DNA of 64,000 nucleotides from an uncultured Planctomycetota bacterium (GTDB lineage: Bacteria > Planctomycetota > Phycisphaerae > Tepidisphaerales > Tepidisphaeraceae). The stretch is from assembly GCA_963841915.1 (NCBI GenBank), contig CAWJEN010000005.1, forward strand, positions 832,001 through 896,000. Direction: 5' to 3'. Position numbers and translations under genes: made by a program. The number at the start of each line of letters is the position of its first letter. Positions within the stretch are counted from its first letter, which is position 1. The notes beneath the pieces are model-generated. The model did no database searches. It saw only the letters and a program-made list of their open reading frames with translations, and was not told where the DNA came from. Positions 1 to 10,866 of the stretch are shown here, in pieces.

Positions 1-679
<679 letters not shown>

Positions 680-836
680 GGGCGACTCTATCGCCCTGCC
701 CAGCCGTGGGGTCACTGCAACCGCTGCTCAGGAATGAACAGAACCCGTACGGGCAAGGTCCGATAGTCTTTGCCCTGCCGAACGCGCTGCGCGAATGTGG
801 CCGCCGTGGCTGATCGGTCCTTAGGGGCCGGGACAA

Positions 837-1341
837 TGTTCCACGTGGAACATTGTCGAGCCCCCGCCATTGACAGCGAAGCAGGTTTTTAGTCGCCGAA
901 ATGTTCCACGTGGAACATTCTGGGGTCGTGACACGTCGCCGAGTGCGGTGGCGGGTCGTCCATACTACAGGCGAATGCACACGTTTGCTACAGGAGACAG
1001 TCCTGCTTTCGGGTACCTACTGCGACTGGGGTCGTCGGCCGTGGGAGTTTCCGCCCAGGCGCGAAAGTGGCCGCGGCGGCAATTGTTCCACGTGGAACAA
1101 TTTGACCCGAGTTGGCTCCGAACCAAAATACCAGTGCCCGCCCTACCGACCGGCGAGCCACGTGCGGAGCATCCGTGAGTGTCCGGCAGACGCAAACAGA
1201 CGGGCGAATGTTCCACGTGGAACATTCGCCCGTCGGCACCACTTCATGATGTGGCCGCTGTTCGTTGGCCTCGCCCAGGCGGGCTGGGCAGATCGCCCAC
1301 AAACGTTCGCGTGTCGACTGAGCCATGTTCCACGTGGAACA
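837..1341. promoter_or_regulatory. Cluster of five perfect parS sites (837-852, 902-917, 1084-1099, 1209-1224, 1326-1341)
   Basis: TGTTCCACGTGGAACA matches the canonical chromosomal parS consensus and lies directly downstream of parB. Confidence 0.95.
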
Positions 1342-1352
1342 TTGCCCCGCTG

Positions 1353-2327
1353 CTACGACTCGGTTTGCACCTTCAGCCGCTCCATGAGCTGGTCGAACTG
1401 CTCGGCGTTCTTGAGTGTCAGCGTCAGCTTGTAACCGCCCTTACCGGCTGCGGCGACCGTGCAAGGCGTGCCGACGGCCTTTGTCAGCGTCTCTGCCAAA
1501 CGGTTCAGATAGGTCGCACGGACCTGCGCCTCCGACTGGCCGGCTGATCCGGGCTTCGATGCCGTCATCTTCTCGAGCTGGCGGACCGACAGGTTCTCGG
1601 CCACCGCCAGCTTGGCGAGCTTGAGCTGCAGATCACGGTCGTCGACACCGGCCAGCACCTTGGCATGCCCGAGCGGCAGTTTGCCGTCCCGTGCCAGCTC
1701 AACGACCTCACCCGGCAGATCGAGCAAACGCAGGTAGTTGGCGACGCTGGTGCGTTCTTCCCCGAGTCGCCCAGCCAGTTGAGCCTGCGTCATGCCGAGC
1801 TGTCGCTGCAAATCTCGATAGGCTTCAGCCCGGTCGATCGGGTTGAGATCCTCGCGGTGAATGTTCTCGACAAGCGCCATCTCCGCCTGGGCGGCGCGTT
1901 CCACGTGGCGAACGAGGCAGGGCACCGTCTCGAGTTCGGCGAGCTTGGCTGCCCGTAGCCTTCGCTCGCCTGCGATGAGCTCGTACTTGCCGTCGTCGAG
2001 CGGGCGGACAAAGAGCGGTTGAATCACGCCGTTGACTTTGAGTGATGCAGCGAGTTCAGCCAGGGCGACAGGTCCGAAGACGCGGCGGGGCTGGTGCGGG
2101 TTGGGAACAATGTCCGCGGGCTTGAGCTGCCGAAGGACACCCGTTCGGTAGTCCGGCTCGGCTTCCTTGACTGCTTCCGCTGCAGGCGGGGTGCTGCGCA
2201 GGACCGGCTTCGACGGCGGGGCGGCCTCGTCGTCCAGCTGCATCAGGCTGCTGAGACCGCGGCCCAGGCGTGACTTGCGGTTGCCCGCGGGAGCAGAGTC
2301 TGACTTGTCCGTGTTCTTCGACGCCAT
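1353..2327 (-). CDS. parB: ParB/Spo0J chromosome partition protein
   Basis: LGRGLSSL ParA-interaction peptide, PNPHQPRR, YELIAGERRLRAA (GxRR box), ENIHREDLNP, HTH region. Confidence 0.97.
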   Translation of the reverse strand: MASKNTDKSDSAPAGNRKSRLGRGLSSLMQLDDEAAPPSKPVLRSTPPAAEAVKEAEPDYRTGVLRQLKPADIVPNPHQPRRVFGPVALAELAASLKVNGVIQPLFVRPLDDGKYELIAGERRLRAAKLAELETVPCLVRHVERAAQAEMALVENIHREDLNPIDRAEAYRDLQRQLGMTQAQLAGRLGEERTSVANYLRLLDLPGEVVELARDGKLPLGHAKVLAGVDDRDLQLKLAKLAVAENLSVRQLEKMTASKPGSAGQSEAQVRATYLNRLAETLTKAVGTPCTVAAAGKGGYKLTLTLKNAEQFDQLMERLKVQTES

Positions 2328-2340
2328 GCCAGGACATTAA

Positions 2341-2356
2341 TGTTCCACGTGGAACA
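2341..2356. promoter_or_regulatory. parS site immediately upstream of the parB start
   Basis: TGTTCCACGTGGAACA, 13 bp from the parB ATG. Confidence 0.92.
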
Positions 2357-2660
2357 TCTCAATGTTCGGCGGCGGGAACGTGGGTGTGCCTCGACAGCGC
2401 AGCGGAACAGGTCGCAGGTCCGTATCGCCTGAAACGTCCGGGGTACCGATGAGCATGGCCCAAGGTCTCGTCGTTGAGCGCAAGGTGACGATCAAGGCTA
2501 CAACAGATGGGCGGTTTTAGTTAGGTTAATGTTCGGATCTGACTCGTCACTTCTGAACGGTGCAGGGTGGGGGTCAGGCGTCTACACTTTCGACAGCAGC
2601 GGGGCGTCAACGCCTTCCGCATCAATCGAAGCGCGTCCATACGAAGCTGAACTACCCGTC

Positions 2661-3941
2661 ATGCCTTACACCTTAGAAGAAGCCCCGGCCCAGCTCCTTG
2701 TCTCCGACGGCGACACCGAAGGGGATGTCGGCTCCAACCGCTGGACGCTCAACTTTGGCCCGCAGCACCCGGCAACGCACACCACGCTTCGACTCGTCCT
2801 CGAGCTCGACGGCGAGCGCGTCGTCAAGTGCACGCCGCACATCGGCTACCTGCACAGCGGCTTCGAGAAGCTTGGCGAGCATCTCAACTACAACCAGTAT
2901 GTCACCATCGTCGACCGGATGGACTACTCGGCTCCGATCTACAACGAGCTGGCTTGGCACGATGCGGCAGAGCGGCTGATGGGTGTCCAGCTCACGCCCC
3001 GATGCACGGCACTGCGCACCATCGCCGGCGAACTGGGGCGAATTCAGAGTCACTTGCTGTGCGTCGGTGCGGTGGGGCTGGACCTCGGTGCGTTCACGAG
3101 CTTCCTGTACGGCTTCAACCAGCGCGAGCACATCTACGACATCGTCGAGTTCATGACGGGTCAGCGGTACCACACCGGCTGGACCCGCGTCGGTGGTCTC
3201 AACCAGGATCTGCCCGACGAGCACACGTTCGTCCGCATGGTCAAGAACTTCATCAACGACTCGCTGCCCGAGGCGATCGCTGACATGGAGAAGCTGCTCA
3301 ACCGCAACCGCATCTTCGTCGAGCGGACCAAGGGCATCGGCGTGCTCAGCCCCGAAGACGCCACCGCATGGGGTGTCACCGGCCCGATGGCCCGGGCCAG
3401 CGGCATCAAGCGTGACCTCCGCAAGGAAGAGCCGTACCTCTGCTTCAAGAACAACTGGGACGGAATGGGGGCCGAGGCCCCCGAGTTCACGGTCCCGGTG
3501 ATGGAGACCGGCGACGCCTATGCGCGGTTCCTGGTCCGTTGCGAAGAGATGAAGCAGTCGGCCAGCATCATCCGCCAGCTCATCGACAAGATCCCCGAAG
3601 GGCCGGTGAACGTTAGCCCCGAGGGCAAGGAGACGCTGCCGCCGAAGGACCAGGTCTACTCGAGCATCGAGGGTCTCATCCAGCACTTCGAGATGATCAT
3701 GACCAACCGCGGCTTCGAGGCCCCGCGCGGCGAGGCCTACGGCCGCATCGAAAGCGCCAACGGCGAGCTCGGTTACTACATCGTCAGCGACGGCACGAAC
3801 GTCCCGTGGCGTGTCCGCACCCGCGGCCCGATCTTCTTCAACTACCAGACCTTCGCGAAGCTGATCGAAGGCCACACGATCAGCGACGTGGTGGCGGTGC
3901 TCGGCAGCATCAACGTCATCGCCGCGGAGCTGGACCGGTGA
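2661..3941 (+). CDS. nuoD: NADH-quinone oxidoreductase subunit D
   Basis: NFGPQHPATHTTLRL, IGYLHSGFEKL, DRMDY and C-terminal GSINVIAAELDR; start taken at ATG 2661. Confidence 0.95.
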   Translation: MPYTLEEAPAQLLVSDGDTEGDVGSNRWTLNFGPQHPATHTTLRLVLELDGERVVKCTPHIGYLHSGFEKLGEHLNYNQYVTIVDRMDYSAPIYNELAWHDAAERLMGVQLTPRCTALRTIAGELGRIQSHLLCVGAVGLDLGAFTSFLYGFNQREHIYDIVEFMTGQRYHTGWTRVGGLNQDLPDEHTFVRMVKNFINDSLPEAIADMEKLLNRNRIFVERTKGIGVLSPEDATAWGVTGPMARASGIKRDLRKEEPYLCFKNNWDGMGAEAPEFTVPVMETGDAYARFLVRCEEMKQSASIIRQLIDKIPEGPVNVSPEGKETLPPKDQVYSSIEGLIQHFEMIMTNRGFEAPRGEAYGRIESANGELGYYIVSDGTNVPWRVRTRGPIFFNYQTFAKLIEGHTISDVVAVLGSINVIAAELDR

Positions 3942-3985
3942 GCGGTTCCGAGCAGGAGTCTCATGGCGATCCCGCTGTACCGCCT

Positions 3986-4259
3986 GGTGCCACGGTTTGA
4001 GCCGCATTCTGATGCGGGCAAACCGTGTCGGTGATGGTGTTTGGACAACACGGGTTCCGGACACTGGTTGAGCCGCATCAGAATGCGACCCAATCAGTGG
4101 CACCAGATGTGGCATCCGACGAGTAGGTCGAGCTACTCCAACGGTCTGGTGCCTGGTGCCACGGTTTGAGCCGCATTCTGATGCGGGCAAACCGTGTCGG
4201 GGATCGGGCGTCACCGACACGGTTTGCCCGCCGCAGACGGCGGCTCAAACCGTGGCACC
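3986..4259. repeat. Four ~44-bp REP-like palindromic units in two inverted pairs (3986-4029, 4060-4104, 4155-4198, 4216-4259)
   Basis: GGTGCCACGGTTTGAGCCGCATTCTGATGCGGGCAAACCGTGTC occurs twice, plus two diverged inverted copies; a further copy at 34772-34815. Confidence 0.85.
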
Positions 4260-4325
4260 GTTCGTCCACCTCTGTCGCACCGTTCGTCCACCTCTGTGGC
4301 ACCGTTCGTCTACCTTTGTGGCACC
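4260..4325. repeat. Three 22-bp tandem repeats
   Basis: GTTCGTCCACCTCTGTGGCACC x3 with 1-2 mismatches each. Confidence 0.9.
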
Positions 4326-4335
4326 GACGCAAAAT

Positions 4336-5091
4336 CTACGGATAATCCTGCCCGACCGGCCGGAGCGTGAGTTGATTCACGTGCACGTTCGGCGGCTGAT
4401 CGACCGTGAATTTGATCGCCCGGGCCACGTCTTCGGGCTCGAGCATGGCGCCGTACTTCTCGACGACTTTGCCGAAGGTCTCGTGGTCGTAGCCGGCGAC
4501 GTCCTGGAACTCGGTTTTGACGATGCCGGGCTTGATGGTCGTCACGCGGACGCCGCTCTTGCCGACTTCGCGGCGAAGCGCTTCGGCAGCGGCTTCGACG
4601 GCGAACTTCGTGCTGCCGTACGCGCCGCTGAAGGGCGAGACGTTTGTGCCGACGACGCTGCCAAGGACGACGATGTCGCGTGGTCCTGTGCCGTCTTTCA
4701 AGGCGTCGGCGGCGATGCGCATGAGGTGCATCGCGCCCAGCACGTTGACCTGCACCATGCTTTGCCAGGCCGATTCGTCGCTCGAGAGGATACCGCCTTG
4801 CAACCCGCGGCCGGCGTTGATGATGACGATGTCCGGCGGGCCGTCCAGTGCGACACGCGTCTCCTTCCACAGCCGATCGATGTCGGCTGTCTCGCCCGCG
4901 TCGGCGGCGATGGCGGTCGCGTCGCCGCCGACGCTTTTGATCTCGTCGACGAGTTCGTCGAGCCGTTGCTTGCGTCGGGCGCTGACGACCACGCGTGCTC
5001 CGGTCTCGGCCAGCAGCAGGGCGGTTGATCGGCCGATACCGGCCGACGCACCGGTGACAAGGGCGGTTCTGCCTTTCAGTGTTTTGCTCAC
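4336..5091 (-). CDS. SDR-family oxidoreductase
   Basis: TGASAGIG, INAG and YGSTK catalytic motif. Confidence 0.92.
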   Translation of the reverse strand: MSKTLKGRTALVTGASAGIGRSTALLLAETGARVVVSARRKQRLDELVDEIKSVGGDATAIAADAGETADIDRLWKETRVALDGPPDIVIINAGRGLQGGILSSDESAWQSMVQVNVLGAMHLMRIAADALKDGTGPRDIVVLGSVVGTNVSPFSGAYGSTKFAVEAAAEALRREVGKSGVRVTTIKPGIVKTEFQDVAGYDHETFGKVVEKYGAMLEPEDVARAIKFTVDQPPNVHVNQLTLRPVGQDYP

Positions 5092-5129
5092 GATCCAGCC
5101 TATTCCGCGCCGGGTCGTAGCATGGGCCG

Positions 5130-6381
5130 TTGTTCCCGCGGGCCCTCATCACCGGTATCGGCTGCGTTTCGCCCAACGGCGTTGGTCGTGAAGCGTTCGG
5201 CGACGCGTGCGTCGGCGGTACCAGCGGACTCAAGCGACCGACAGGCGAGGCGTATGAAGGGCTGCGGACGAGCAGCGTCGGGCAGATCTCGCCGGAGCAG
5301 TTCGATCCCGAGAGCGTGCTGCCTGCGGCGGAATTGAAGCGTTTGCCGCGGGTCGTGCCGCTGGCGTTGGCGGCAGCGACCGAGGCGCAACAACAGGCCG
5401 GGCTTGATGTCTCTGACGAATCCGTCAGCCGACGCGTCGGGCTCGTTCTCGGCACAGGCGGTGGCGGACTCGCCTTCGTCGAAGAGCAGTACAAAGGCTT
5501 TTTCACCGGCCGGCACGGTGGCAGCCCGTTCGCCATCACCGGTGGCACGCACGGCAACCTCGCCGGTGAGCTGTCCATTGCCATGGGTCTTCGCGGGCCC
5601 AGTCATGTTGTCTCCACCGGATGCGCCAGCTCGACCGACGCGCTGGGCTACGCACTCATGCTCATTCGTGCGGGCCGATGTGACGCCGTCGTGTGCGGCG
5701 GGGCGGATGCGCCGATCGCGCCCGGGATCCTGCGTGGCTTCGAACGTATGGGCGTCATCAGCACGCTTCGTTGGGATGACGCGACGTCAGTCGTGTCGGC
5801 CTTTCGATACAGATCGGGATGGTCTTGTGTTGGGCGAAGGCAGTTGGATGTTCGTCGTCGAACGCGAGGGTTGGCGAAAGGGCGTCACGCCGTTGGCACA
5901 AGTGGCCGGGTATGGCAGCACGAGCGACGCGTACCACCGCGTGCGGATCGACCCGGACGTGACCGAGTGCGTCCGAGCGATGAGCGACGCCCTGGCCGAT
6001 GCCGGCGTAACGGCAGCCGACGTCGACGCGGTGAATCTGCACGGCACGGGAACGGAAATGAACGATCGCCTCGAAACGGCGGCATTGCACAAGCTGTTGG
6101 GCGGCAGGGCGGGCGACGTGCCGATGAGCGCGACAAAGAGCCTGATCGGCCACCCGCAGGGCGCCGGCGGCAGCGCGGGCGTGGCGGCGGCTGTGCTGTC
6201 GGCACGGCGTGGTGTGGTTCACCCGACGCTTAACCTCGACACCCCCGACCCGGCGTGTGACCTCGATTACGTCCCGGGCGAAGCGCGATGCGTCGACGTG
6301 CGGACGCTGCTCTGCAACTGCATCGCGTTCGGCAGCAAGAACAGTGCACTCGTGCTGAAGGTGCACGAACCCGTCGACTGA
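5130..6381 (+). CDS. fabF: Beta-ketoacyl-ACP synthase (FabF-like); +1 frameshift near 5790; start uncertain
   Basis: Frame 1 has ITGIGCVSPNG and STGCASS (active Cys); frame 2 has RPFDTDRDGLVLGEG, HGTGT, KSLIGH and AFGSKN. Confidence 0.8.
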
Positions 6382-6412
6382 CGCCTCGACGCGGCTGCGT
6401 TACCATGCGGGC

Positions 6413-7054
6413 ATGCCTGACGACGCACCCAAGGCCCAGCCGCAGAAGACACGACCCGCGGCCCGCGTGGCGGCGGAGTTTGTGGGGCTGTCGCCTTGGA
6501 AGAAAAAGCTGCTGAGCCTCTTCATCGTCGTCGCCTCGATCGGCGGTTTGATGTGGACGCACGCGACCTTTATCAGCGAAAGCAACGCGACGCCGCCCGC
6601 GTTCATGAGCGGTGACGACACGCGACCCAACGCCGACCTGCCGCCAAACAGCCGGGGCTTTATCGACGACACGAGCGACGGCCTGGCCGAAGCGGCGGAT
6701 GAGGCCGGCGTGACGGAGGGGCAAAGCGACTGGAAGCTGCCCTGGCACGGTCGCCTCGGCGGGTGGCTGGCACGGCTGGGCGTCAGCTTCGCCGTCGGCC
6801 TGATCGTCGGTGTCTTCTTTCGAGCTTTCCTGAAGACCATGGCCGCCGTGACAGCTGTCGTCGTCGGTGGCATCGTGTGTCTGAGCTACTTCGAGGTATT
6901 CGACATCGACTTCGACGCGATGCGCCAGAACGCCGACACCGCCAGCGGCTGGGCCAAGGACCAGGCGGGCGGCCTGAAGAACATCGTCGTCAACTTCTTA
7001 CCAAGTGCGACGGCTGCGACGGTTGGTGGATTTACTGGATTCCTCCGTCGGTGA
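6413..7054 (+). CDS. Membrane protein with a FUN14-like C-terminal domain
   Basis: N-terminal TM segment; GVSFAVGLIVGVFFRAFLK...LSYFEVFDIDF...LPSATAATVGGFTG pattern. Confidence 0.65.
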   Translation: MPDDAPKAQPQKTRPAARVAAEFVGLSPWKKKLLSLFIVVASIGGLMWTHATFISESNATPPAFMSGDDTRPNADLPPNSRGFIDDTSDGLAEAADEAGVTEGQSDWKLPWHGRLGGWLARLGVSFAVGLIVGVFFRAFLKTMAAVTAVVVGGIVCLSYFEVFDIDFDAMRQNADTASGWAKDQAGGLKNIVVNFLPSATAATVGGFTGFLRR

Positions 7055-7075
7055 AAATCGTCTACAACTTTAGAT

Positions 7076-7237
7076 ATGAACAAGTCCTTCGCCCGCAAGC
7101 TCCTCTCCGTCTGTTGCCTTTTCACCCTGGCGATCATCCTCACCGGCTGTCAGTCGAACGACGGCGAAGGCAAGATGGACAACGCCGTCGACACGGATTC
7201 CGATGTCGAAGCTCGGGCCAGAGAGATCGCCAAGTAG
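7076..7237 (+). CDS. Small lipoprotein (53 aa), not in the ORF track
   Basis: MNKSFARKLLSVCCLFTLAIILTG-C signal peptide with lipobox, then QSNDGEGKMDNAVDTDSDVEARAREIAK. Confidence 0.7.
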   Translation: MNKSFARKLLSVCCLFTLAIILTGCQSNDGEGKMDNAVDTDSDVEARAREIAK

Positions 7238-7335
7238 CTCACCGGTGCCCTCCTGGGCTCGGAAGCGATCGCCTTGTCCTCAGTCCGTCCACAGTGATCT
7301 GACGCTGCTTCGCCCCAAGCCTCAGCTCAACGCAA

Positions 7336-7363
7336 AGCCCGCGGGACGATCGTCCCGCGGGCT
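7336..7363. terminator. Perfect 28-bp palindrome between convergent genes; probable bidirectional terminator
   Basis: AGCCCGCGGGACGA-TCGTCCCGCGGGCT, flanked by an A run and CTTT. Confidence 0.6.
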
Positions 7364-7445
7364 CTTTCGTGCGCCCTATAGCCCGGCATGCTTCACAGCC
7401 CAAGCCGTTAGCGCGTCGAATGTGTCTTGTTCTTCACCAGAATCT

Positions 7446-7871
7446 TCACCGGCTGGCCTGCCACAGGCGTGTCGCAACGATGGCCAGATATGACGCGAGT
7501 ACGAGGTGGAAGACGATCGGGATCATTCCCGGTGGCAGCCATCGGCGGTCCGGGTGCAGATGACCCGAGATGCCATAGCGGACGATCATTCCGCCGGCGT
7601 AGACGATTGCGAAGGCGGCTGTCGCCGTCGCTAATCGAACCCGACGCCGATCGAATGGCCACCGACCAAACGACGCGGCCACGTCGAGCTTGGCCATCGC
7701 TCCCAGGATCAGCACCTGTGCCGTCAGCAGCACAGGATACGGCAGCAGTCCCGACTGCCACTCGTCCATCGCCGGCAACCATTGCGGAGTCGCGACGACG
7801 ACCACGATCTGCCCGACGACGCGGAGCAGGAACAACGCCGACAGCAGCCACATCGCGGCTGCGGCAGTCAC
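7446..7871 (-). CDS. Small multi-pass membrane protein, function unknown
   Basis: About four hydrophobic segments; the GTG start overlaps the argH TGA (GTGA coupling). Confidence 0.65.
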   Translation of the reverse strand: MTAAAAMWLLSALFLLRVVGQIVVVVATPQWLPAMDEWQSGLLPYPVLLTAQVLILGAMAKLDVAASFGRWPFDRRRVRLATATAAFAIVYAGGMIVRYGISGHLHPDRRWLPPGMIPIVFHLVLASYLAIVATRLWQASR

Positions 7872-9297
7872 AGCCCGAGCCGCTCTTTCCACTCGGCGAG
7901 CTGCTTCTTCAGCGGCTCGCCACCGGCGGCGCCGGCCGATTGGTAGCGGGCGACGACGTTCCTCGCGCCGAGACACTCGAACACGTCGCCTTCGATCTTG
8001 TCGCTCGCCGCCTGGAACTCGTCGAGCGTCAGGTCTTGCGAGCCGTCGTCTTGCCCTCCTTCTCGCACTTGGCGACGAGGCCGCCGACGACCTGGTGGGC
8101 GGTGCGGAACGGCACGCCCTTGACGACGAGGTACTCGGCGAGGCTGGTGGCGTCCATGAACCCGCCCTCGCACGCGGCCTCGCACTTGTCCTTGACGAAC
8201 TCGGTGTTGTTCACGATCGCCGCGGCCATCGTGAGGCAGGAGCTGACGGTGTCGTAGGCGGCGAAGACGTGCCGTTTGTCTTCCTGCAGGTCGCGGTTGT
8301 AGCCGATGGGCAACCCCTTGCAGATGGTCAGCAGGGCGACGAGGTTGCCGTAGACGTTGCCGCAGCGGCCGCGGATGAGCTCGAGCATGTCCGGGTTGCG
8401 CTTCTGCGGCATCATCGAGCTGCCGGTGGTGTACTTGTCGCGCGGTCTTGATGAAGCCGAACTCGGCGGAGCAGTAGATGATCCACTGCTCGGCCCAGCG
8501 GGAGAGGTGCATCGCGGTCATCGCGCAGGCGTAGACGAAGTCGAGGGCGGCGTCGCGAGAGGCGGTGCGTTCAATGCTGCTTCGAGGTGAGGCTTCGAAG
8601 CGATAACTTGCCAGCGACGAAGCGTCGAGCCGCGTCATTGCAGGATCAAGCGGTAGCGATGAACCGGCGATCGCACCACTTCCGAGGGAGTCGCAGATCG
8701 TGTCGATGACGTGTCCTGCGCGTAGCCGATAGCGGTATTCGATCGGATGCGATCATCTCTGTCCACGCCAGAGCCTCTGCAGCCGCCGAGATTGGCTGTG
8801 CTCGTTGAAGGTGCGTGTACGACGGCATCACGACGTCTGCTGACTGCGATCCGCGAGACGCACAAAGCACGTTGAGCAGGTTGCAAAGCGTTCCAAAGCT
8901 CAAGCGAGCTGCGTCTTGTAGCCACATGCACCAGGTCCGTCGCCACCTGATCGTTCCGGCTGCGCCCCGTGTGCAGCTTGCGGCCCGGCTCGCCGACCTT
9001 GTCGATCAGGGCCTTCTCCACGCACATGTGGATGTCCTCGTACTGCTTGTCGAAGCCCGCCCAGTCCGGGCCGGCCTCGTCGATCTCGGCCTCGATCTCG
9101 CGGAGGCCGCGCTCGATGGCGGCGCGGTCGTCCTCGGTGATGAGGCCGACCTTGGCGAGCATCGCGGCGTGGGCGAGGCTGCCGGCGACGTCCTGCTTGT
9201 ACAGCCGCCAGTCGTAGCTGACGCTCTCGACGAAGTCCTGCCCAAGGGCGTCGGTCGCCTCGGCGATGCGGGCCTGCCAGCTCTTTTGTTCGCTCAT
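7868..9297 (-). CDS. argH: Argininosuccinate lyase with several frameshifts (assembly error or pseudogene)
   Basis: EDIHM, LHTGRSRNDQVATD, MPSYTHLQRAQP, SSMMPQKRNPD and YNRDLQEDK motifs spread over different frames. Confidence 0.92.
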
Positions 9298-9321
9298 GCT
9301 CGACCGTAGCAACAGCACGAA

Positions 9322-9402
9322 GCGAGCCCCGACCGTCAGGAAGGGGTTCCGGTCGGTGCCAATGCACGTTCCGAAACCCGCTCCCTCACGGTCGGGGCTC
9401 GC
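9322..9402. repeat. REP-like inverted repeat between the capsid gene and argH
   Basis: GCGAGCCCCGACCGTCAGGAAGGGGTT ... AACCCGCTCCCTCACGGTCGGGGCTCGC. Confidence 0.75.
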
Positions 9403-9426
9403 GCTCCCGACATGATGTCGATCGCC

Positions 9427-10578
9427 TTAGCTCAGTCCGGTGATGAGGCCGTGGCAGTTCTCGTTGCGGAGCTCCATCGTGTACTCACCAATGACCTGAC
9501 CGGCCTCGCGGTCGCCGGTGCGGGCCAGCGGCTTGTAGCCGAAGCTGCGACCGGCCAACGGCAGCACGCTCGCCCGGCTGCTGTCGAGCAACAGCACCGA
9601 GCCGCTTGGCATTGCCCGGCTGAGGACGACGCGGCAGACACCGAAGTCGCTTTCGTAGACGCCGATGCCGTCGCGGAACGTCTCGGCAGAGCTGGCGAAC
9701 CGCCGACCGGCGTCGGTGAACTGGTTGATGGCCCGCTTCTGCCTGCCGCCGACGACGATGGTGTCGACGGTCGTCCCGCCGCCTTGCCAGATGGTGCGGA
9801 GTGCAAGGTTGAGCTGCTCTTCGGTCAGCGTCGCATCGGCCGGAAAACCGTCGGTGTTGGGGACGAAGCGGTGCGTGGCGACGCTGGCGATGATGCCGCG
9901 CATCGTCCGCGGCGTGTAGGCGTCACCCGCCGGATTGCCGCTCGGCGGGTTGGCGTCGGCGGCACCGAGCAACAGGCTCGTCTCGAGTTCACGAAGCAGC
10001 TCGCGCAGACGCATCGCCTTCTGGTACTCGAGTTCGTCGGCCACGCCGGCTTGTCGGACGGCCAGCTCGCTGCCACTGACCTCGACGCTGGCGGCAAAGA
10101 TCTGCGTCGTGTTGGAGCGACGCGTCCGGTTGGTGAATCGGGCCGCCGCAGCGTCTGCGCCTTCGAGCTGCGGGGCTGCGATGACGATAAGGGCATCACC
10201 GACGGCCGGGTCTGCACCGACGGGCGTGCCGCCGTAACCGCGGGTCACGCGAAACTCACTGGCACCAGCGAGCTCTTCGACCCGCATGACCTCGGCCGAG
10301 TCACCGACCCGGACGAGGTCGTTGATGCGGACAAGGTCTGCCGCTTCGATGGTGATCCAGACGCCCGCGTCGAAGACGGTGACGACGGATCGATCCGGAA
10401 GCGGCGCATCTTCGAGCCATTCGTGAACAACGCCGCGGGCCGGGCGGCCGGGATCACCCAGCAGGTCGAGCAACGGCGTCTCCGTGGCGGCGGCGATGGC
10501 GACGAGATCGGCAACGTCTTCGACGTGCTCGGGCAGCTCGGCACCGGCAGAATAAGTGGCTTTTCCAGTAAAAGGCAT
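9427..10578 (-). CDS. Phage-type major capsid protein (SU10-like/DUF5309, HK97 fold inferred)
   Basis: EDVADLV...ETPLL...HEWLED, NTTQIF..SVEVSGS, RELETSLL.G, RTMRGI, YESDFG, LARTGD and GEYTMELRNE..HG.I; RBS AAGGA upstream. Confidence 0.85.
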   Translation of the reverse strand: MPFTGKATYSAGAELPEHVEDVADLVAIAAATETPLLDLLGDPGRPARGVVHEWLEDAPLPDRSVVTVFDAGVWITIEAADLVRINDLVRVGDSAEVMRVEELAGASEFRVTRGYGGTPVGADPAVGDALIVIAAPQLEGADAAAARFTNRTRRSNTTQIFAASVEVSGSELAVRQAGVADELEYQKAMRLRELLRELETSLLLGAADANPPSGNPAGDAYTPRTMRGIIASVATHRFVPNTDGFPADATLTEEQLNLALRTIWQGGGTTVDTIVVGGRQKRAINQFTDAGRRFASSAETFRDGIGVYESDFGVCRVVLSRAMPSGSVLLLDSSRASVLPLAGRSFGYKPLARTGDREAGQVIGEYTMELRNENCHGLITGLS

Positions 10579-10632
10579 GGGTTCCTTGTGAGGGTTGAGA
10601 AGCGAGGAAAGAATGACGACAAGGGCTGCGGA

Positions 10633-10866
10633 TCAGCCGCCGCGGGCGAAACGGGCGCGGAGGCTGAGGTACTCGCGGAGCAGGCCGGCGGCGGGTCGCG
10701 GACGGCTCAGCGCCTCGGCAAGCGTCGAGAAGCGGCGACGCTCCGGATCGATCGGCTCGTCCGCCGGTGGCCGCTTCGTGGGAGGCGGGCCGAGGTCTTC
10801 GCCTACGGGCTGGTGTGCGGGTGTGCCCGGCTCGACGGGTTCGGGAGGTGTGGGTTGGTCTTGCAT
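10633..10866 (-). CDS. Small Pro-rich protein (77 aa) at the scaffold-gene position between portal and capsid
   Basis: Co-oriented ORF with a disordered Pro-rich N-terminus and a helical C-terminus LAEAL...LLREYLSLRARF; function inferred from position only. Confidence 0.45.
   Translation of the reverse strand: MQDQPTPPEPVEPGTPAHQPVGEDLGPPPTKRPPADEPIDPERRRFSTLAEALSRPRPAAGLLREYLSLRARFARGG

Noticed and set aside
837..1341. Repeated palindromes as a CRISPR array
   Set aside because: The 16-bp unit equals the parS consensus, spacing is irregular, parB is adjacent and there are no cas genes.
2673..4220. Long antisense ORFs (also 9412-10929, 18354-20738, 35574-37112, 50457-51863)
   Set aside because: Shadow frames of high-GC genes whose opposite strand carries clear family motifs.
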